Assembly: GCA_964599455.1 (NCBI GenBank)
Contig: CAZREA010000001.1
Coordinates: 71,687-135,686, forward strand
Direction: 5' to 3'
DNA length: 64,000 nt
DNA from: an uncultured Gammaproteobacteria bacterium
Lineage (GTDB): Bacteria; Patescibacteriota; Patescibacteriia; UBA9934
The notes under the pieces were generated by a model, which saw only the letters and a program-made list of their open reading frames with translations, did not search any database and had not been told where the DNA came from. Below are positions 20,882-30,467 of the stretch, in pieces. The position numbers and the translations under genes were made by a program. The stretch's first letter is position 1. The number at the start of each line of letters is the position of its first letter.

Positions 20882-21343
20882 TTATTTTACCTCAAGAATA
20901 TCGTACGTCATGACGCCTGAGGGAACTGTAGCTTCAACCTTCTCTCCTTTTGCCTTACCGAGAAATGCCTGACCTAAAGGCGAAACGTTACTAATCTTCC
21001 CTTCCATAGGATTAGCCTCATGCGCACCAACGATACTAAAAGTCTTTTCTGTGCCGTTCACACGCACCACAAACGTTGAACCAAGAGAAATTTTACCGCC
21101 GCTTTGTTCATCAACAACTACTGCGGTTAATAACATCTGTTGAAGAGTGGTTACGCGGGTTTCGTTGTGGCCCTGCTGTTCACGTGCTTCGTGATAGGCA
21201 AAATTTTCGGAGAGATCGCCCATTTCACGGGCATCAGAAATTTTGGCAGCGATCTCTGGTCGCAAGGTTTTTAGACGATATTCTAGTTCCTGCTTTAATT
21301 CTTTTAAAGCAGAGGAGGAGAGGTAAGTGATTTGATTTTCCAT
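20882..21343 (-). CDS. greA: transcription elongation factor GreA
   Basis: 153 aa with an N-terminal coiled coil carrying acidic tip residues and a C-terminal FKBP-like domain (SPLGQAFLGKAKGE). Confidence 0.9.
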   Translation of the reverse strand: MENQITYLSSSALKELKQELEYRLKTLRPEIAAKISDAREMGDLSENFAYHEAREQQGHNETRVTTLQQMLLTAVVVDEQSGGKISLGSTFVVRVNGTEKTFSIVGAHEANPMEGKISNVSPLGQAFLGKAKGEKVEATVPSGVMTYDILEVK

Positions 21344-21410
21344 ATTTTTTAATCAAGAAAACGACGCTCGGCATAGACCAAGCATCGTGGGGTAAGATTT
21401 ATGCATTAAA

Positions 21411-23369
21411 TCATTCCCTTTCTTGTCCGTCAATATTTCGCTGTCCTTCACCAAAATACCATTGCAAAATATCACGTGCAACCGGAGAAGCAAGACTTGC
21501 ATCACCCCCCTGCTCAATCAACACCGTAATCACCACTTCCGGGTCATCAAATGGCGCAAAACCGGTAAACCACGAATGAGGCGCGGCCGTTTGCGACCAT
21601 TGAGCAGTACCGGTCTTTCCTGCCACGGCAACCGGCACACTTTGCATCATCTGCGCAGAACCCGCAGTCACCGTTTGTCGCATGGCGTCTTGTATAACGC
21701 TTGCAATATCTTCCTCAATAACCCGCTGTGATTGATCAATCTCTTTTTCATATCGCAAATGAGGCACAACCATGAGTCCATTATTGGCAATAGCAGCAAT
21801 TGCTCGCGTGATCTGCAAAGGAGTGACGAGCACATCGCCTTGCCCAATAGAAACGTTGTACGTATCACCGATATACCAAGGCTCGCCTTTGGCAGCGAGT
21901 TTCCATGCTTTCGATGGCAGAAAACCCTCCGCTTCTCCGGGAAGATCAATATCAGACAAAACACCCAGGCCAAACACCCGGGCCCAATCCGTTAATTTTT
22001 CAACTCCTAATCCCACAAAATCACCCGTACCACCACCAATAGCATAAAAGTAGGTGTTCACCGAATCGGCAATCGCATGATAGACATTCGTAATGCCATG
22101 TCCACCCGCTCGCCAATCAGGAAAGAAGCGATCACCAAGCCACAAACCACCCGTCGATAGGAATGTTGTTTGCGGGGTAATAATGCCCTCGGTTAATGCC
22201 GCGGAAGCATACAAAGGCTTGATGGTAGAACCGGAAGGATACTCGCCCGAAATAACTCGATTAAAAAGAGGTGCGTTCGGGTCTTGAATAAGGGCCGTGT
22301 ATGCATCCTGCGAAATTCCTCCAACAAAACTATTTGCATCAAATGCTGGATACGATACAAGTGCCAACACTTCCCCATTTTTCGGATTCATCATGACCAC
22401 TGCGGCACGTTTTACAGGTGCAGCACCTAAACGCTCATTTAACACCCGCTCAATATACGCTTGCAATCGCGCATCAAGAGACAAGGTGAGATCAACTCCA
22501 TCTTGCGGAGCGGTACTTTTGATCGTACGTAAATAACCCCCTCCAGCATCGACTTCCATTTCGGTTACACCTTGGATGCCGCGTAACAATGTTTCATACT
22601 CCTTTTCCAATCCCTGCTTCCCGATATCGTCAAAGGGTCGATAACCTTCACTGCGCATGGCTTCGTATTCGGCATCAGAAATGGAAGAAATGTAGCCAAG
22701 AACATGCGAAAGTGAGGGAATTTCAGTGGTGAGATATGAGCGATCTTCAGCAACTTCAACCCGCACATCAAAAGGGAGATTCTGCTGTGACATGAGTTTC
22801 ATTGCGCATTCATACGAAAGCGTGTCATCAAGCAAAAAAACGTCGTAATCAGCCAGAAGCGCTTGGGCATAGGCATCAGTAAAACGCTGCATATCAAGGC
22901 CACACAAGAATGCGATCTGTGCAAATTGTTCCTGACGAAGATCTGTATTTTGGGAAAATGCACTTTGTTCAGCAAGTAAATGAAATTTGGGAATATTTTC
23001 CGCAAGCACAATACCATTACGATCAAAAATACGACCGCGATGAGCCAAGGTGACAACTTGTCGCAAACGATTGTGCTCGGCAAGTGCACGCAGCTGATTG
23101 CCTTGCAAGATTTGCAACTCGACTGCGCGTCCGAGATAAAAAATACCTACCGCCAAAAAACAACATGTCCCCACCAAAAAACGCGTGCGAGAAAACCACT
23201 GCCCCGCCAAAGAAGATACGGGCTGAGGTGTTTCTTCTGCAGACAAGGGCGAAGCAAAAATATCCTCCTCTTTTTTGAGATCTCCCTTTGGTGTATTGAG
23301 AAAAAATCCGAATAAACGAGACATAGGCACATGTTCTCTTAACCAATAAGCGATGGTCGTCGACGCCAA
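21411..23369 (-). CDS. mrdA: penicillin-binding protein 2 (elongasome transpeptidase)
   Basis: 652 aa with an N-terminal TM anchor and SxxK (SGSTIKP), SxN (SVN) and KTGT (KTGTA) transpeptidase motifs. It sits directly downstream of mreBCD. Confidence 0.85.
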   Translation of the reverse strand: MASTTIAYWLREHVPMSRLFGFFLNTPKGDLKKEEDIFASPLSAEETPQPVSSLAGQWFSRTRFLVGTCCFLAVGIFYLGRAVELQILQGNQLRALAEHNRLRQVVTLAHRGRIFDRNGIVLAENIPKFHLLAEQSAFSQNTDLRQEQFAQIAFLCGLDMQRFTDAYAQALLADYDVFLLDDTLSYECAMKLMSQQNLPFDVRVEVAEDRSYLTTEIPSLSHVLGYISSISDAEYEAMRSEGYRPFDDIGKQGLEKEYETLLRGIQGVTEMEVDAGGGYLRTIKSTAPQDGVDLTLSLDARLQAYIERVLNERLGAAPVKRAAVVMMNPKNGEVLALVSYPAFDANSFVGGISQDAYTALIQDPNAPLFNRVISGEYPSGSTIKPLYASAALTEGIITPQTTFLSTGGLWLGDRFFPDWRAGGHGITNVYHAIADSVNTYFYAIGGGTGDFVGLGVEKLTDWARVFGLGVLSDIDLPGEAEGFLPSKAWKLAAKGEPWYIGDTYNVSIGQGDVLVTPLQITRAIAAIANNGLMVVPHLRYEKEIDQSQRVIEEDIASVIQDAMRQTVTAGSAQMMQSVPVAVAGKTGTAQWSQTAAPHSWFTGFAPFDDPEVVITVLIEQGGDASLASPVARDILQWYFGEGQRNIDGQERE

Positions 23370-23800
23370 AAACGATAAAAGCTATATGCAAGGAGAGCAT
23401 ATGCCGTTATTGACCACAAAAATAATGCGATATTTTGATGAATGGCGGGAAAGGCTGAGGGAAGAAAAAGCAACACAAAAAGCAAGGCTAATGTGCCGAG
23501 ATACGAAGAAAATGCGCGAGAACTTAGGAAACGACGGGCAATGCCGTACCAAAAAAGGGAAAGTGCTGCATGGGTCAAGAAAAAAAGAGCGCTATTATGC
23601 AAAAAGGCAGCGATCACATAAAGAGAGATGAAAAATACCAATGCATGCTCAGAATCGCAGACATAATTTAAAATTGCCCCATACAGCAATGTGAGTAAAC
23701 AGAAAGAAAAAAGAATGGTCGGTACTCCACTAAAGGACCAAAAAAAGCCTCCGATCATACCTCCAAAGCCAATAAGAAGAAGGGGGATGAGTTGTTTCAT
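23339..23800 (-). CDS. mreD: rod shape-determining protein MreD-like membrane protein
   Basis: Small polytopic membrane ORF in the mreB-mreC-mreD-mrdA synteny. The start is moved to the internal Met (MKQLIPLLLIGF), which gives an ATGA overlap with the mreC stop. Confidence 0.5.
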   Translation of the reverse strand: MKQLIPLLLIGFGGMIGGFFWSFSGVPTILFSFCLLTLLYGAILNYVCDSEHALVFFISLYVIAAFLHNSALFFLTHAALSLFWYGIARRFLSSRAFSSYLGTLALLFVLLFLPSAFPAIHQNIALFLWSITAYALLAYSFYRFWRRRPSLIG

Positions 23801-24555
23801 AAGGCGAGATTTGCGACTACTTGTCCACTCGACCACATATCAGGATTTACAAGAGGAGAAACACGTGCACGTAAAAAAGGTGAGGCATCTGGGAAAGCAA
23901 TTTCCGTAATGATACCCACGGGAATATCTATTGGCGTCATTCCTCCCAATCCACTCGTAACCAAAACATCTCCTACAATCACATCAGCATCTTTGGGAAG
24001 ATACAGTAAATCAAGCCAAGCTCCAGTAGTCCCCACCGCCAAACCAATCGTTCGTTCTTTGCCAAGAACCATGACCGGTATACGACTTTGTGCATGTGAG
24101 AGCAAGCGCACAACCGCAGTATCTACCTGTACGCTCGTGACAACACCCGCCAGCCCCCCTTGCGTGACAATGGCATCGCCCATTTTTACTGAAAGATTCT
24201 CAGGAATGGAAAGAACAGCACTATGACTGTCGCTCGCATATCCTCGGGCAATAATTGTCGTTTCACCCTGATCTTGCTGAGGAATAACTCTCCCAAGCTG
24301 AGAGCTGAGTTGAGCCTTTTCCCAGGTGCACTGAGCGAATTCTGCTCGTAGTACCTCTTCTCCGGTAAATACATACCGCAGAGCAATGCCCACACGCATT
24401 AAACGTTCACCAATTCCTCCTTCGATATTTCGTAATATTCCTCCTACTATTGGTACTTTGTGCAGGAAAAGAAAAAGAATAGGCACAGCCAACAAGGGCA
24501 GCGAGCGAATGAGACGTGCACGAATGTCGGCAGATAAGCGCGGAATGCGACGCAT
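23797..24555 (-). CDS. mreC: rod shape-determining protein MreC
   Basis: 252 aa with an N-terminal TM/coiled-coil segment and beta-rich C-terminal domains (GDAIVTQGGLAGVVTSV, GDVLVTSGLGG). It is adjacent to mreB. Confidence 0.8.
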   Translation of the reverse strand: MRRIPRLSADIRARLIRSLPLLAVPILFLFLHKVPIVGGILRNIEGGIGERLMRVGIALRYVFTGEEVLRAEFAQCTWEKAQLSSQLGRVIPQQDQGETTIIARGYASDSHSAVLSIPENLSVKMGDAIVTQGGLAGVVTSVQVDTAVVRLLSHAQSRIPVMVLGKERTIGLAVGTTGAWLDLLYLPKDADVIVGDVLVTSGLGGMTPIDIPVGIITEIAFPDASPFLRARVSPLVNPDMWSSGQVVANLAL

Positions 24556-24561
24556 AACATC

Positions 24562-25611
24562 TTATCGTCGATCGTCTTGTGTAGAAGGTAGCGCAATGGC
24601 TTGAGCAATATCAGGACGGCGTAATAGTTCACCCGCACCGCGAACGCCCGCTGTCATTGGATCATCAATTACCCGAACAGGAATATCGGTTTCGCGCGAA
24701 ATTGTGCGGTCAATGCCGCGCAAAAGCGAGGTGCCACCAACCAGAATAATGCCGCGTTCATAAATATCAGCCACCAACTCGGCGGGTGTTGCCTCAAGGG
24801 TAGCTTTGATGCTTGTCACAATGGTGGAAATATTTTTGTGAATCGCTTCACGAATTTCTGCCTCACGCAACACGATTTGCTTTGGCAAACCGGTAATAAG
24901 ATGTCGGCCACGCACTTCCATTTCAAACGGTGTTCCTGTTTCCATGGTACTTCCCAATCGCCACTTCACTTCTTCGGCAATCTTTTCTCCAATCAACAAA
25001 CTGTACACATCACGAACGTATTGAATAATGTTGCGCGTCATTTCGTCTCCGGCAACCGTGAGCGTTTTAGAAGTTACCACGCCTCCCAAAGAAATAACCG
25101 CAATCTGCGTTACTCCCCCGCCCATATCAACCACCATCGAACCCACACTTTCCATAATCGGTAATCCCGCACCCACACAAGCAGCCAAAGGATTTTCGAT
25201 GAGCGTTACTTCGCGTGCACCCGCGGAAAGTGCCGCGTCTTCGGCGGCTTTGCGTTCAACTTCGGTCGTTTCAAGTGGAACGGTCATCATCATGCGTGGA
25301 CGAGGCAGAGGCGTGGGGATGTCTTCGTGTACTCGATCGATAAAGTAGCGCAACATTTTTTCGGTAACTTCAAAATCAGAAATCACTCCTTTTAACAAAG
25401 GGCGAATCACGGTCATGTGTGCCGGCGTTTTGCCCAGCATATCGCGAGCCGAAGTGCCCACCGCCACAATTGCCTGTAATCGGGTATTAATAGCCACCAT
25501 TGACGGCTCGTGCATGACAATTCCCCGCTCGTGCACAAAGACACGAGTATGCGACGTTCCTAAATCCAACGCAATATCTTGAGAAAAACGACCAAAAAGC
25601 CGATTAAACAT
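24562..25611 (-). CDS. mreB: actin-like rod shape-determining protein MreB
   Basis: DIALDLGTSHTRVF phosphate-1 motif, plus an actin/Hsp70 fold signature (GGGVTQIAVISLGG, ILVGGTSLLRGID). Confidence 0.95.
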   Translation of the reverse strand: MFNRLFGRFSQDIALDLGTSHTRVFVHERGIVMHEPSMVAINTRLQAIVAVGTSARDMLGKTPAHMTVIRPLLKGVISDFEVTEKMLRYFIDRVHEDIPTPLPRPRMMMTVPLETTEVERKAAEDAALSAGAREVTLIENPLAACVGAGLPIMESVGSMVVDMGGGVTQIAVISLGGVVTSKTLTVAGDEMTRNIIQYVRDVYSLLIGEKIAEEVKWRLGSTMETGTPFEMEVRGRHLITGLPKQIVLREAEIREAIHKNISTIVTSIKATLEATPAELVADIYERGIILVGGTSLLRGIDRTISRETDIPVRVIDDPMTAGVRGAGELLRRPDIAQAIALPSTQDDRR

Positions 25612-25728
25612 ACAATCCTCGCAAAACGTTCTTTTTTACACGCTTTTTACGTTTTTTGCGCGTAGTGATTGAACCATGTAAAGGCCTTTTGGTGAAGTGA
25701 ATTATGCACGGGTAAAAAAGGTAAACAT

Positions 25729-25757
25729 TTGCAAAAGATGTTTTTTTCTGTTATATA
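25729..25757 (+). promoter_or_regulatory. putative sigma-70 promoter
   Basis: TTGCAA-17 nt-TATATA, about 15 nt upstream of the ORF starting at 25773. Confidence 0.4.
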
Positions 25758-25772
25758 AAGCAGTCGATTCTT

Positions 25773-26078
25773 TTGGGCCGAGGTGGCCTAGAAGCCGACT
25801 TTCCTTCGGAGTTACACATGCTGGGAGATATCCTCGGTTCTGCGATTCTTCTCATTCTGAAAATCGCGATCGCCGGAAGCTTCTTTTACCACACGTACAA
25901 AGCCGTGGATTTGACCTACACTCCTGATAGGGATCAGAACCTCATCGGAAAGCATCGGTATTTCTCCATTCTCCTCCTCCTCGTCATAATCGTTATTAGC
26001 CAGAACGAGCAACACAAAGAACAGGAGAACAAACGGGATTGCTCCACCGAGGAGATCACGGGGACTCTGCTGAAGTAG
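25773..26078 (+). CDS. hypothetical small membrane protein
   Basis: 101-aa ORF with two hydrophobic segments and a TTG start, immediately after the promoter-like element. Confidence 0.3.
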   Translation: MGRGGLEADFPSELHMLGDILGSAILLILKIAIAGSFFYHTYKAVDLTYTPDRDQNLIGKHRYFSILLLLVIIVISQNEQHKEQENKRDCSTEEITGTLLK

Positions 26079-26236
26079 TACAGCCTCTCTCGTCGTTCTC
26101 CCGAGCCTCGTCCTGAAGACCCACGTCTTCAGGGCTCATCTCTTCTTGCGATATATTTATCGTAGGTGGAGATGAGATAGAATCTATCTCTCATTCGCAA
26201 CACATCGGGCCTCGCCCAATTCACAAGGAGTACATC

Positions 26237-26653
26237 GTGATACACGTTAATAATGCCTCTCGAAAACTATTCGTCAGATTCCTCTTTCCCGGTACATACG
26301 TCTCCGAGGAGACCGAACGGCAAGTCGATCACGACGATCCCGCACAGGTCGAACTACCACCCGAAGCCTATGGTTTCGAATTCTTCAGCCGTATCCATGC
26401 ATCAGCGATCGAGGACGGCAAAACCGTCGAACTCACAGGAGGAGAACAAGCCCAACCGGGCCTGTACTATCCCGGTGGCAAGATCTACAGCATCGGACAG
26501 ATCGAAGCGACCTTCGGTCACGACAGGGAGTACGATGCGCTCATCGACAACATGCAAACCAACGGCTGGCCGCACGTCGTCCAGACCTGCACTGGTCTGT
26601 GGCGCCGCTTCAGGATGGGTATCGATCACATCGTCCTGAAGACGCCGAGCTGA
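26237..26653 (+). CDS. hypothetical protein (GC-rich islet)
   Basis: 138-aa ORF preceded by aaggag 7 nt upstream of a GTG start. A second long ORF in another frame (26253..26639) reflects the locally elevated GC content. No recognisable motif. Confidence 0.3.
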   Translation: MIHVNNASRKLFVRFLFPGTYVSEETERQVDHDDPAQVELPPEAYGFEFFSRIHASAIEDGKTVELTGGEQAQPGLYYPGGKIYSIGQIEATFGHDREYDALIDNMQTNGWPHVVQTCTGLWRRFRMGIDHIVLKTPS

Positions 26654-26754
26654 GCTCATCATCACCATCTCGCGCGTTCCGCGAGCAGAGAGTACCCGTC
26701 TTGTCGGGCCTCTGCCGACGAGACGCGCTCTTTGTTTTGCGAAATATATTTCTC

Positions 26755-27159
26755 CTACGAAACACGACGAACTTGTTGTTCTTCCCAAAAAAGAAACAGG
26801 AATTCTAAAATGCCCGCACCTACAATAATAAAAAAGAATGTGAGCGAAGAAAAAATACGTGCATTCACCAACAGCAATGCGCCGATGACGAGACAAGCGA
26901 GTACTATTCCCTGACGAAATGAACGAACAATCACACGCAAAAAAACCGACTCTTCATGCGACTTTACGCGAGCAAGACGAATAACGGTTCCGATAATTGC
27001 GGCTAGACCAAGCACGGAACAAAAAAGCGTAATATAAAATGCAAAAAATCCTGGCAAACCTGCGGTCGCCGGATCGAGCATGTACAACACAATGGCCCAG
27101 GCCGTTAGTGATGCCAGAGTTCCGAGCGAAAGAATAAGGACGTAGTGACGAATGTTCAT
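26755..27159 (-). CDS. hypothetical membrane protein
   Basis: Four hydrophobic helices. The start is moved to the internal Met (MNIRHYVLILSLG), which removes the overlap with the upstream gene. Confidence 0.4.
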   Translation of the reverse strand: MNIRHYVLILSLGTLASLTAWAIVLYMLDPATAGLPGFFAFYITLFCSVLGLAAIIGTVIRLARVKSHEESVFLRVIVRSFRQGIVLACLVIGALLLVNARIFSSLTFFFIIVGAGILEFLFLFWEEQQVRRVS

Positions 27160-27167
27160 ACTCTTTC

Positions 27168-27494
27168 CTAAGTATACTCCTTCCAAATCTCTGTTCGTAA
27201 TTGGCATTGCGGATGAACGGTTAGTGCAGGAAAAGCACATTCTAATGCGCGAGCAACATCATGAGCTGTTTTTTGCATAGCATACATGGCAGCAGCATGA
27301 CGACAAGCAAAAAGCAAAGTGCCATCTTTGTAACTCACGATACGCACATCGTTCACAAGTGGCGTATCGGCAGCGATCTCAACAAACAAACGATTTGCTT
27401 CCGCAATTACTCGGGAAGCAGTGAGTTGAGCACCAATGTGATGACGCTTGCTGAAGGAGGACAGCAGGGATGGCAGCGCTTTGGGAGTCTTCAT
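27168..27494 (-). CDS. DUF721 (DciA-like) family protein
   Basis: About 110 aa. The pattern ..ASRVIAEANRLF..NDVRIVSYKDGTLLFACRHAAAMYAMQ resembles the DUF721/DciA core. The start is moved to give an ATGA overlap with the helicase-nuclease stop. Confidence 0.4.
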   Translation of the reverse strand: MKTPKALPSLLSSFSKRHHIGAQLTASRVIAEANRLFVEIAADTPLVNDVRIVSYKDGTLLFACRHAAAMYAMQKTAHDVARALECAFPALTVHPQCQLRTEIWKEYT

Positions 27495-27496
27495 AG

Positions 27497-30466
27497 TTAC
27501 ATTTTTGCTGCCGGACAAATATCTTTAAAATCACAATATTTACAAATTCTCTCATTCGGTGTGGGCGTAAAATCTCCGACGCGAATGTGAGCGATTGTTT
27601 CTCGAATTTCTTCACGCAATTTGTCTTTGTCTTTATCGGTAGGAACAAAAGAAACCGTTGTATTATTTTCTAAATAATAATACGTCAAGGCTTGCACAAG
27701 CATGGGTGGTGCAAAACACTGTTCAGCCGCAAGTGCATAGAGCACTAATTGTCGCTTGTCGTCCCATTCCAATTTTGTTTTTGGACTTCCGGTTTTATAA
27801 TCAATAATTTCCACTCCACCTTCAACGGTATCAATACGATCAATACGACCTTTCACCGCAATATCATCAATTTTTAAATGAAAACTCGCTTCAAGCTTCC
27901 ACGGCTTGGGAATATTTCCTACAAGACGCTCATAAAAATCTTTTAAAGAGGCTCGACCCAAATTTCGATATTCTTCTTTTATCTCCGCCGATGGATACCA
28001 TTCATCAATGAAATGCGCGTCGTAGAGGGTAAGCAATTCTTGCAAAGAAGGTAGCGTGTTGGAAGCCCCAGTTTCACCAAACAACGTTACTTGCACCGCT
28101 TGTTGCGAATGCATAAGTTGTTCGAGATAACGTTGTAAGGTGTTGTGCATGCTTTGCCCAAAAGACAACTGATGTCGGCCAAAGGTAGGAATATGCAAAA
28201 TATGCGCGTACCGATATTGCGCCGGACAAGAAGCAAAGGAAGAGATTTGCGAAAAGCTTAATTGCTTTAACGCCTGCTCAGGCACAGAAAATGGTAATGG
28301 CGTTGTAGGAGTTTTATCAATAAATGATAAAGAGACTGGCTTTTCTTTCTTTTTAGTTGAGGGAGTTGATTCGGCAAGAAAACCCAATTCCTGTAAGAAA
28401 CGAGAAGGTTTGCGCAAGCGACTTCCGCCATAATCATCGGCAGAAAAAAGAAAGAGACCTTCTTTGGCACGCGTCATAGCCACATAAAAAAGTCGACGCT
28501 CTTCCGCAACGTGATCGTCGAGTTCGGGCGCTTCCCTTACAAGACCCGGAGGCAAGGGCAAGGCTTCCGTTCGTGATACGGAAGGAAAACGCTGTTCGAT
28601 CAAATTAACCACAAACACATACCGAAATTCTAAACCTTTTGCCGCATGCACCGTCATCACATGCACCACATCTGGTCCACCTTCGATATCAGCAGCAACT
28701 TGTCCACCCTCACCTGCCTCACGCTCGGCATCAAATTCTTCCAAAAAGGCACGGATATGCTTTTGCTCAGGATTCATTTCTACAAACCGCTTGATGCGTG
28801 CTAAAAATTGTTCGAGTTGCCGATACATTTCCTGCTGCGTTCGCTCATCAAAGAAAGCAACATCCGCCAACAAGCCGCTCTGCTTAAGTGCGGTGACCAA
28901 AAACTCGGTCGCACTTTGCTGTTTGGCAGCGCGGTTCAACGTTTCTAACAATCCTAAAATGGTAAATAAACGATTGCGCCCTTCCATACTTAAACCCATG
29001 GCATCGCTAACGCGCCGCATAGCTTCAAGAAGCGGCATGCCTTTGCGTCGAACGAAAAAGAGGAGCGCCTGTACGTCTTGTTCCGACAGTCCCAAACGTG
29101 GATGCGATAAAACGCGATACCACGCTGGTCCATGATAAGGCTCGACTGCCACGCGCAGATAGGCTAACAGATCGAGAATAAGCGGCTTACTGTAAAGTCC
29201 CGACATGGCCGAAAAACGAAACGGAATACCAAAACGTTCAAACGCCTCTAGAAACGGTTCCGCTGAATCATTTGCTCGCACGAGCAAACAAAAATCTCCC
29301 CAATTCGCCTCGCCCTTCTCGACGAAATCCAAAATCGTCCGCACCGCCGCCTGTACTTCATCGTTTTGCGTTGGCATGTGTATATGCTTCACAAAACCAG
29401 CATGTGGATGATGTGAAAGCAGTGCTTTGGAAATTCCTTCAGCAACTTCTAATCGGTGAGGATTGTTTTTGGTGATGAGCGTATAAGCGGCATCAAGCAC
29501 CTCTTTGGTACTGCGATAATTTTCAACGAGCACGACACGTTTAGCATCAGGAAAATCAGCACGAAATTGTAAAATGTTTGCGAGCGCCGCGCCACGGAAT
29601 TTATAAATCGCCTGGTCATCATCACCCACGACCGTAATATTCCGTTCTTTCCCGGCCAACAGTTTTACCAGCTGATACTGAATACTGTTGGTGTCCTGAA
29701 ATTCATCAACGATAATTTGTTTAAATTGCTCTTGATATTCTTTTAAAATATTTGGTCGCTTTTGAAATAGCTCAAGTACATTGAGAAGTAACCCTCCAAA
29801 ATCCATCGCGCTTTGTTCAGCAAGGAGTTGCTCATAGGTTGCATATGCAGCAGCCAACTCACGCCACTTCAGCATCTCTACCTTTGCTTCATCAGTAAGC
29901 GTTGTGAACGCCTCGGGTGCACCACCAGATTTTTCCGTCAGTATTTCTTCTACCCGCGTTGCATATGCAGAAGGAAAAATTCCTTCATCTTTACAACGAG
30001 AAAAATGTTTCAACAGTTGCTGTAAGAATTTGGTTGGATTGCCTCGTGGACGGAAATATTCAAGCGCAAAACGATCAAGATATCGACGAACCAAGAGCCA
30101 CGTATCAATCTCGTTGAGCAAGCGGAAATCGGGAGATAGACCAATATGTATAGCGTGCATGCGTAAAACCTTTTCACAAAAAGCATGAAAGGTGGAAATA
30201 TGGACATCAACATATCCCATTGGCAACAAACGATCGACACGCTCCTCCATTTCCGTCGCCGCTTTATCGGTAAAGGTGAGGGCAAGAATTTCGTGCGGTA
30301 ACACCTTTTTAGTTGCCAGTAACCAAGCAATACGCCGCGTAATCACCGTGGTCTTCCCCGTTCCGGCACCCGCAATAATCATGAGTGGTCCTTGGGTATG
30401 AGTAACCGCTTCACGTTGCGCGGCATGAAGATCGATCAGTAAATGCTCGGCATCATGATGCTCCAT
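27497..30466 (-). CDS. UvrD/PcrA-like helicase fused to C-terminal Cas4/AddB-like Fe-S PD-(D/E)XK nuclease
   Basis: 989 aa. The N-terminus has the UvrD Walker A (IIAGAGTGKTTVITRRIAWL) and further SF1 helicase motifs. The C-terminal about 250 aa carries a RecB-family nuclease core (IDRIDTV, EIIDYKTG) plus a four-Cys cluster: one Cys upstream (FASCPAQYRY) and CKYCDFKDIC at the C-terminus. Confidence 0.8.
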   Translation of the reverse strand: MEHHDAEHLLIDLHAAQREAVTHTQGPLMIIAGAGTGKTTVITRRIAWLLATKKVLPHEILALTFTDKAATEMEERVDRLLPMGYVDVHISTFHAFCEKVLRMHAIHIGLSPDFRLLNEIDTWLLVRRYLDRFALEYFRPRGNPTKFLQQLLKHFSRCKDEGIFPSAYATRVEEILTEKSGGAPEAFTTLTDEAKVEMLKWRELAAAYATYEQLLAEQSAMDFGGLLLNVLELFQKRPNILKEYQEQFKQIIVDEFQDTNSIQYQLVKLLAGKERNITVVGDDDQAIYKFRGAALANILQFRADFPDAKRVVLVENYRSTKEVLDAAYTLITKNNPHRLEVAEGISKALLSHHPHAGFVKHIHMPTQNDEVQAAVRTILDFVEKGEANWGDFCLLVRANDSAEPFLEAFERFGIPFRFSAMSGLYSKPLILDLLAYLRVAVEPYHGPAWYRVLSHPRLGLSEQDVQALLFFVRRKGMPLLEAMRRVSDAMGLSMEGRNRLFTILGLLETLNRAAKQQSATEFLVTALKQSGLLADVAFFDERTQQEMYRQLEQFLARIKRFVEMNPEQKHIRAFLEEFDAEREAGEGGQVAADIEGGPDVVHVMTVHAAKGLEFRYVFVVNLIEQRFPSVSRTEALPLPPGLVREAPELDDHVAEERRLFYVAMTRAKEGLFLFSADDYGGSRLRKPSRFLQELGFLAESTPSTKKKEKPVSLSFIDKTPTTPLPFSVPEQALKQLSFSQISSFASCPAQYRYAHILHIPTFGRHQLSFGQSMHNTLQRYLEQLMHSQQAVQVTLFGETGASNTLPSLQELLTLYDAHFIDEWYPSAEIKEEYRNLGRASLKDFYERLVGNIPKPWKLEASFHLKIDDIAVKGRIDRIDTVEGGVEIIDYKTGSPKTKLEWDDKRQLVLYALAAEQCFAPPMLVQALTYYYLENNTTVSFVPTDKDKDKLREEIRETIAHIRVGDFTPTPNERICKYCDFKDICPAAKM

Positions 30467-30467
30467 A

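Noticed and set aside
26253-26639. 128-aa ORF overlapping 26237..26653 in another frame
   Set aside because: Long alternative frames are expected in locally GC-rich DNA. The frame preceded by an SD (aaggag) was preferred, but neither frame is supported by homology.
26236-26653. One-nt disagreement between my hand-counted codon positions and ORF-track coordinates around 26.2-26.7 kb
   Set aside because: It is probably a counting slip on my side. Track coordinates were kept, and hand-placed features are flagged as approximate to within 1-2 nt.
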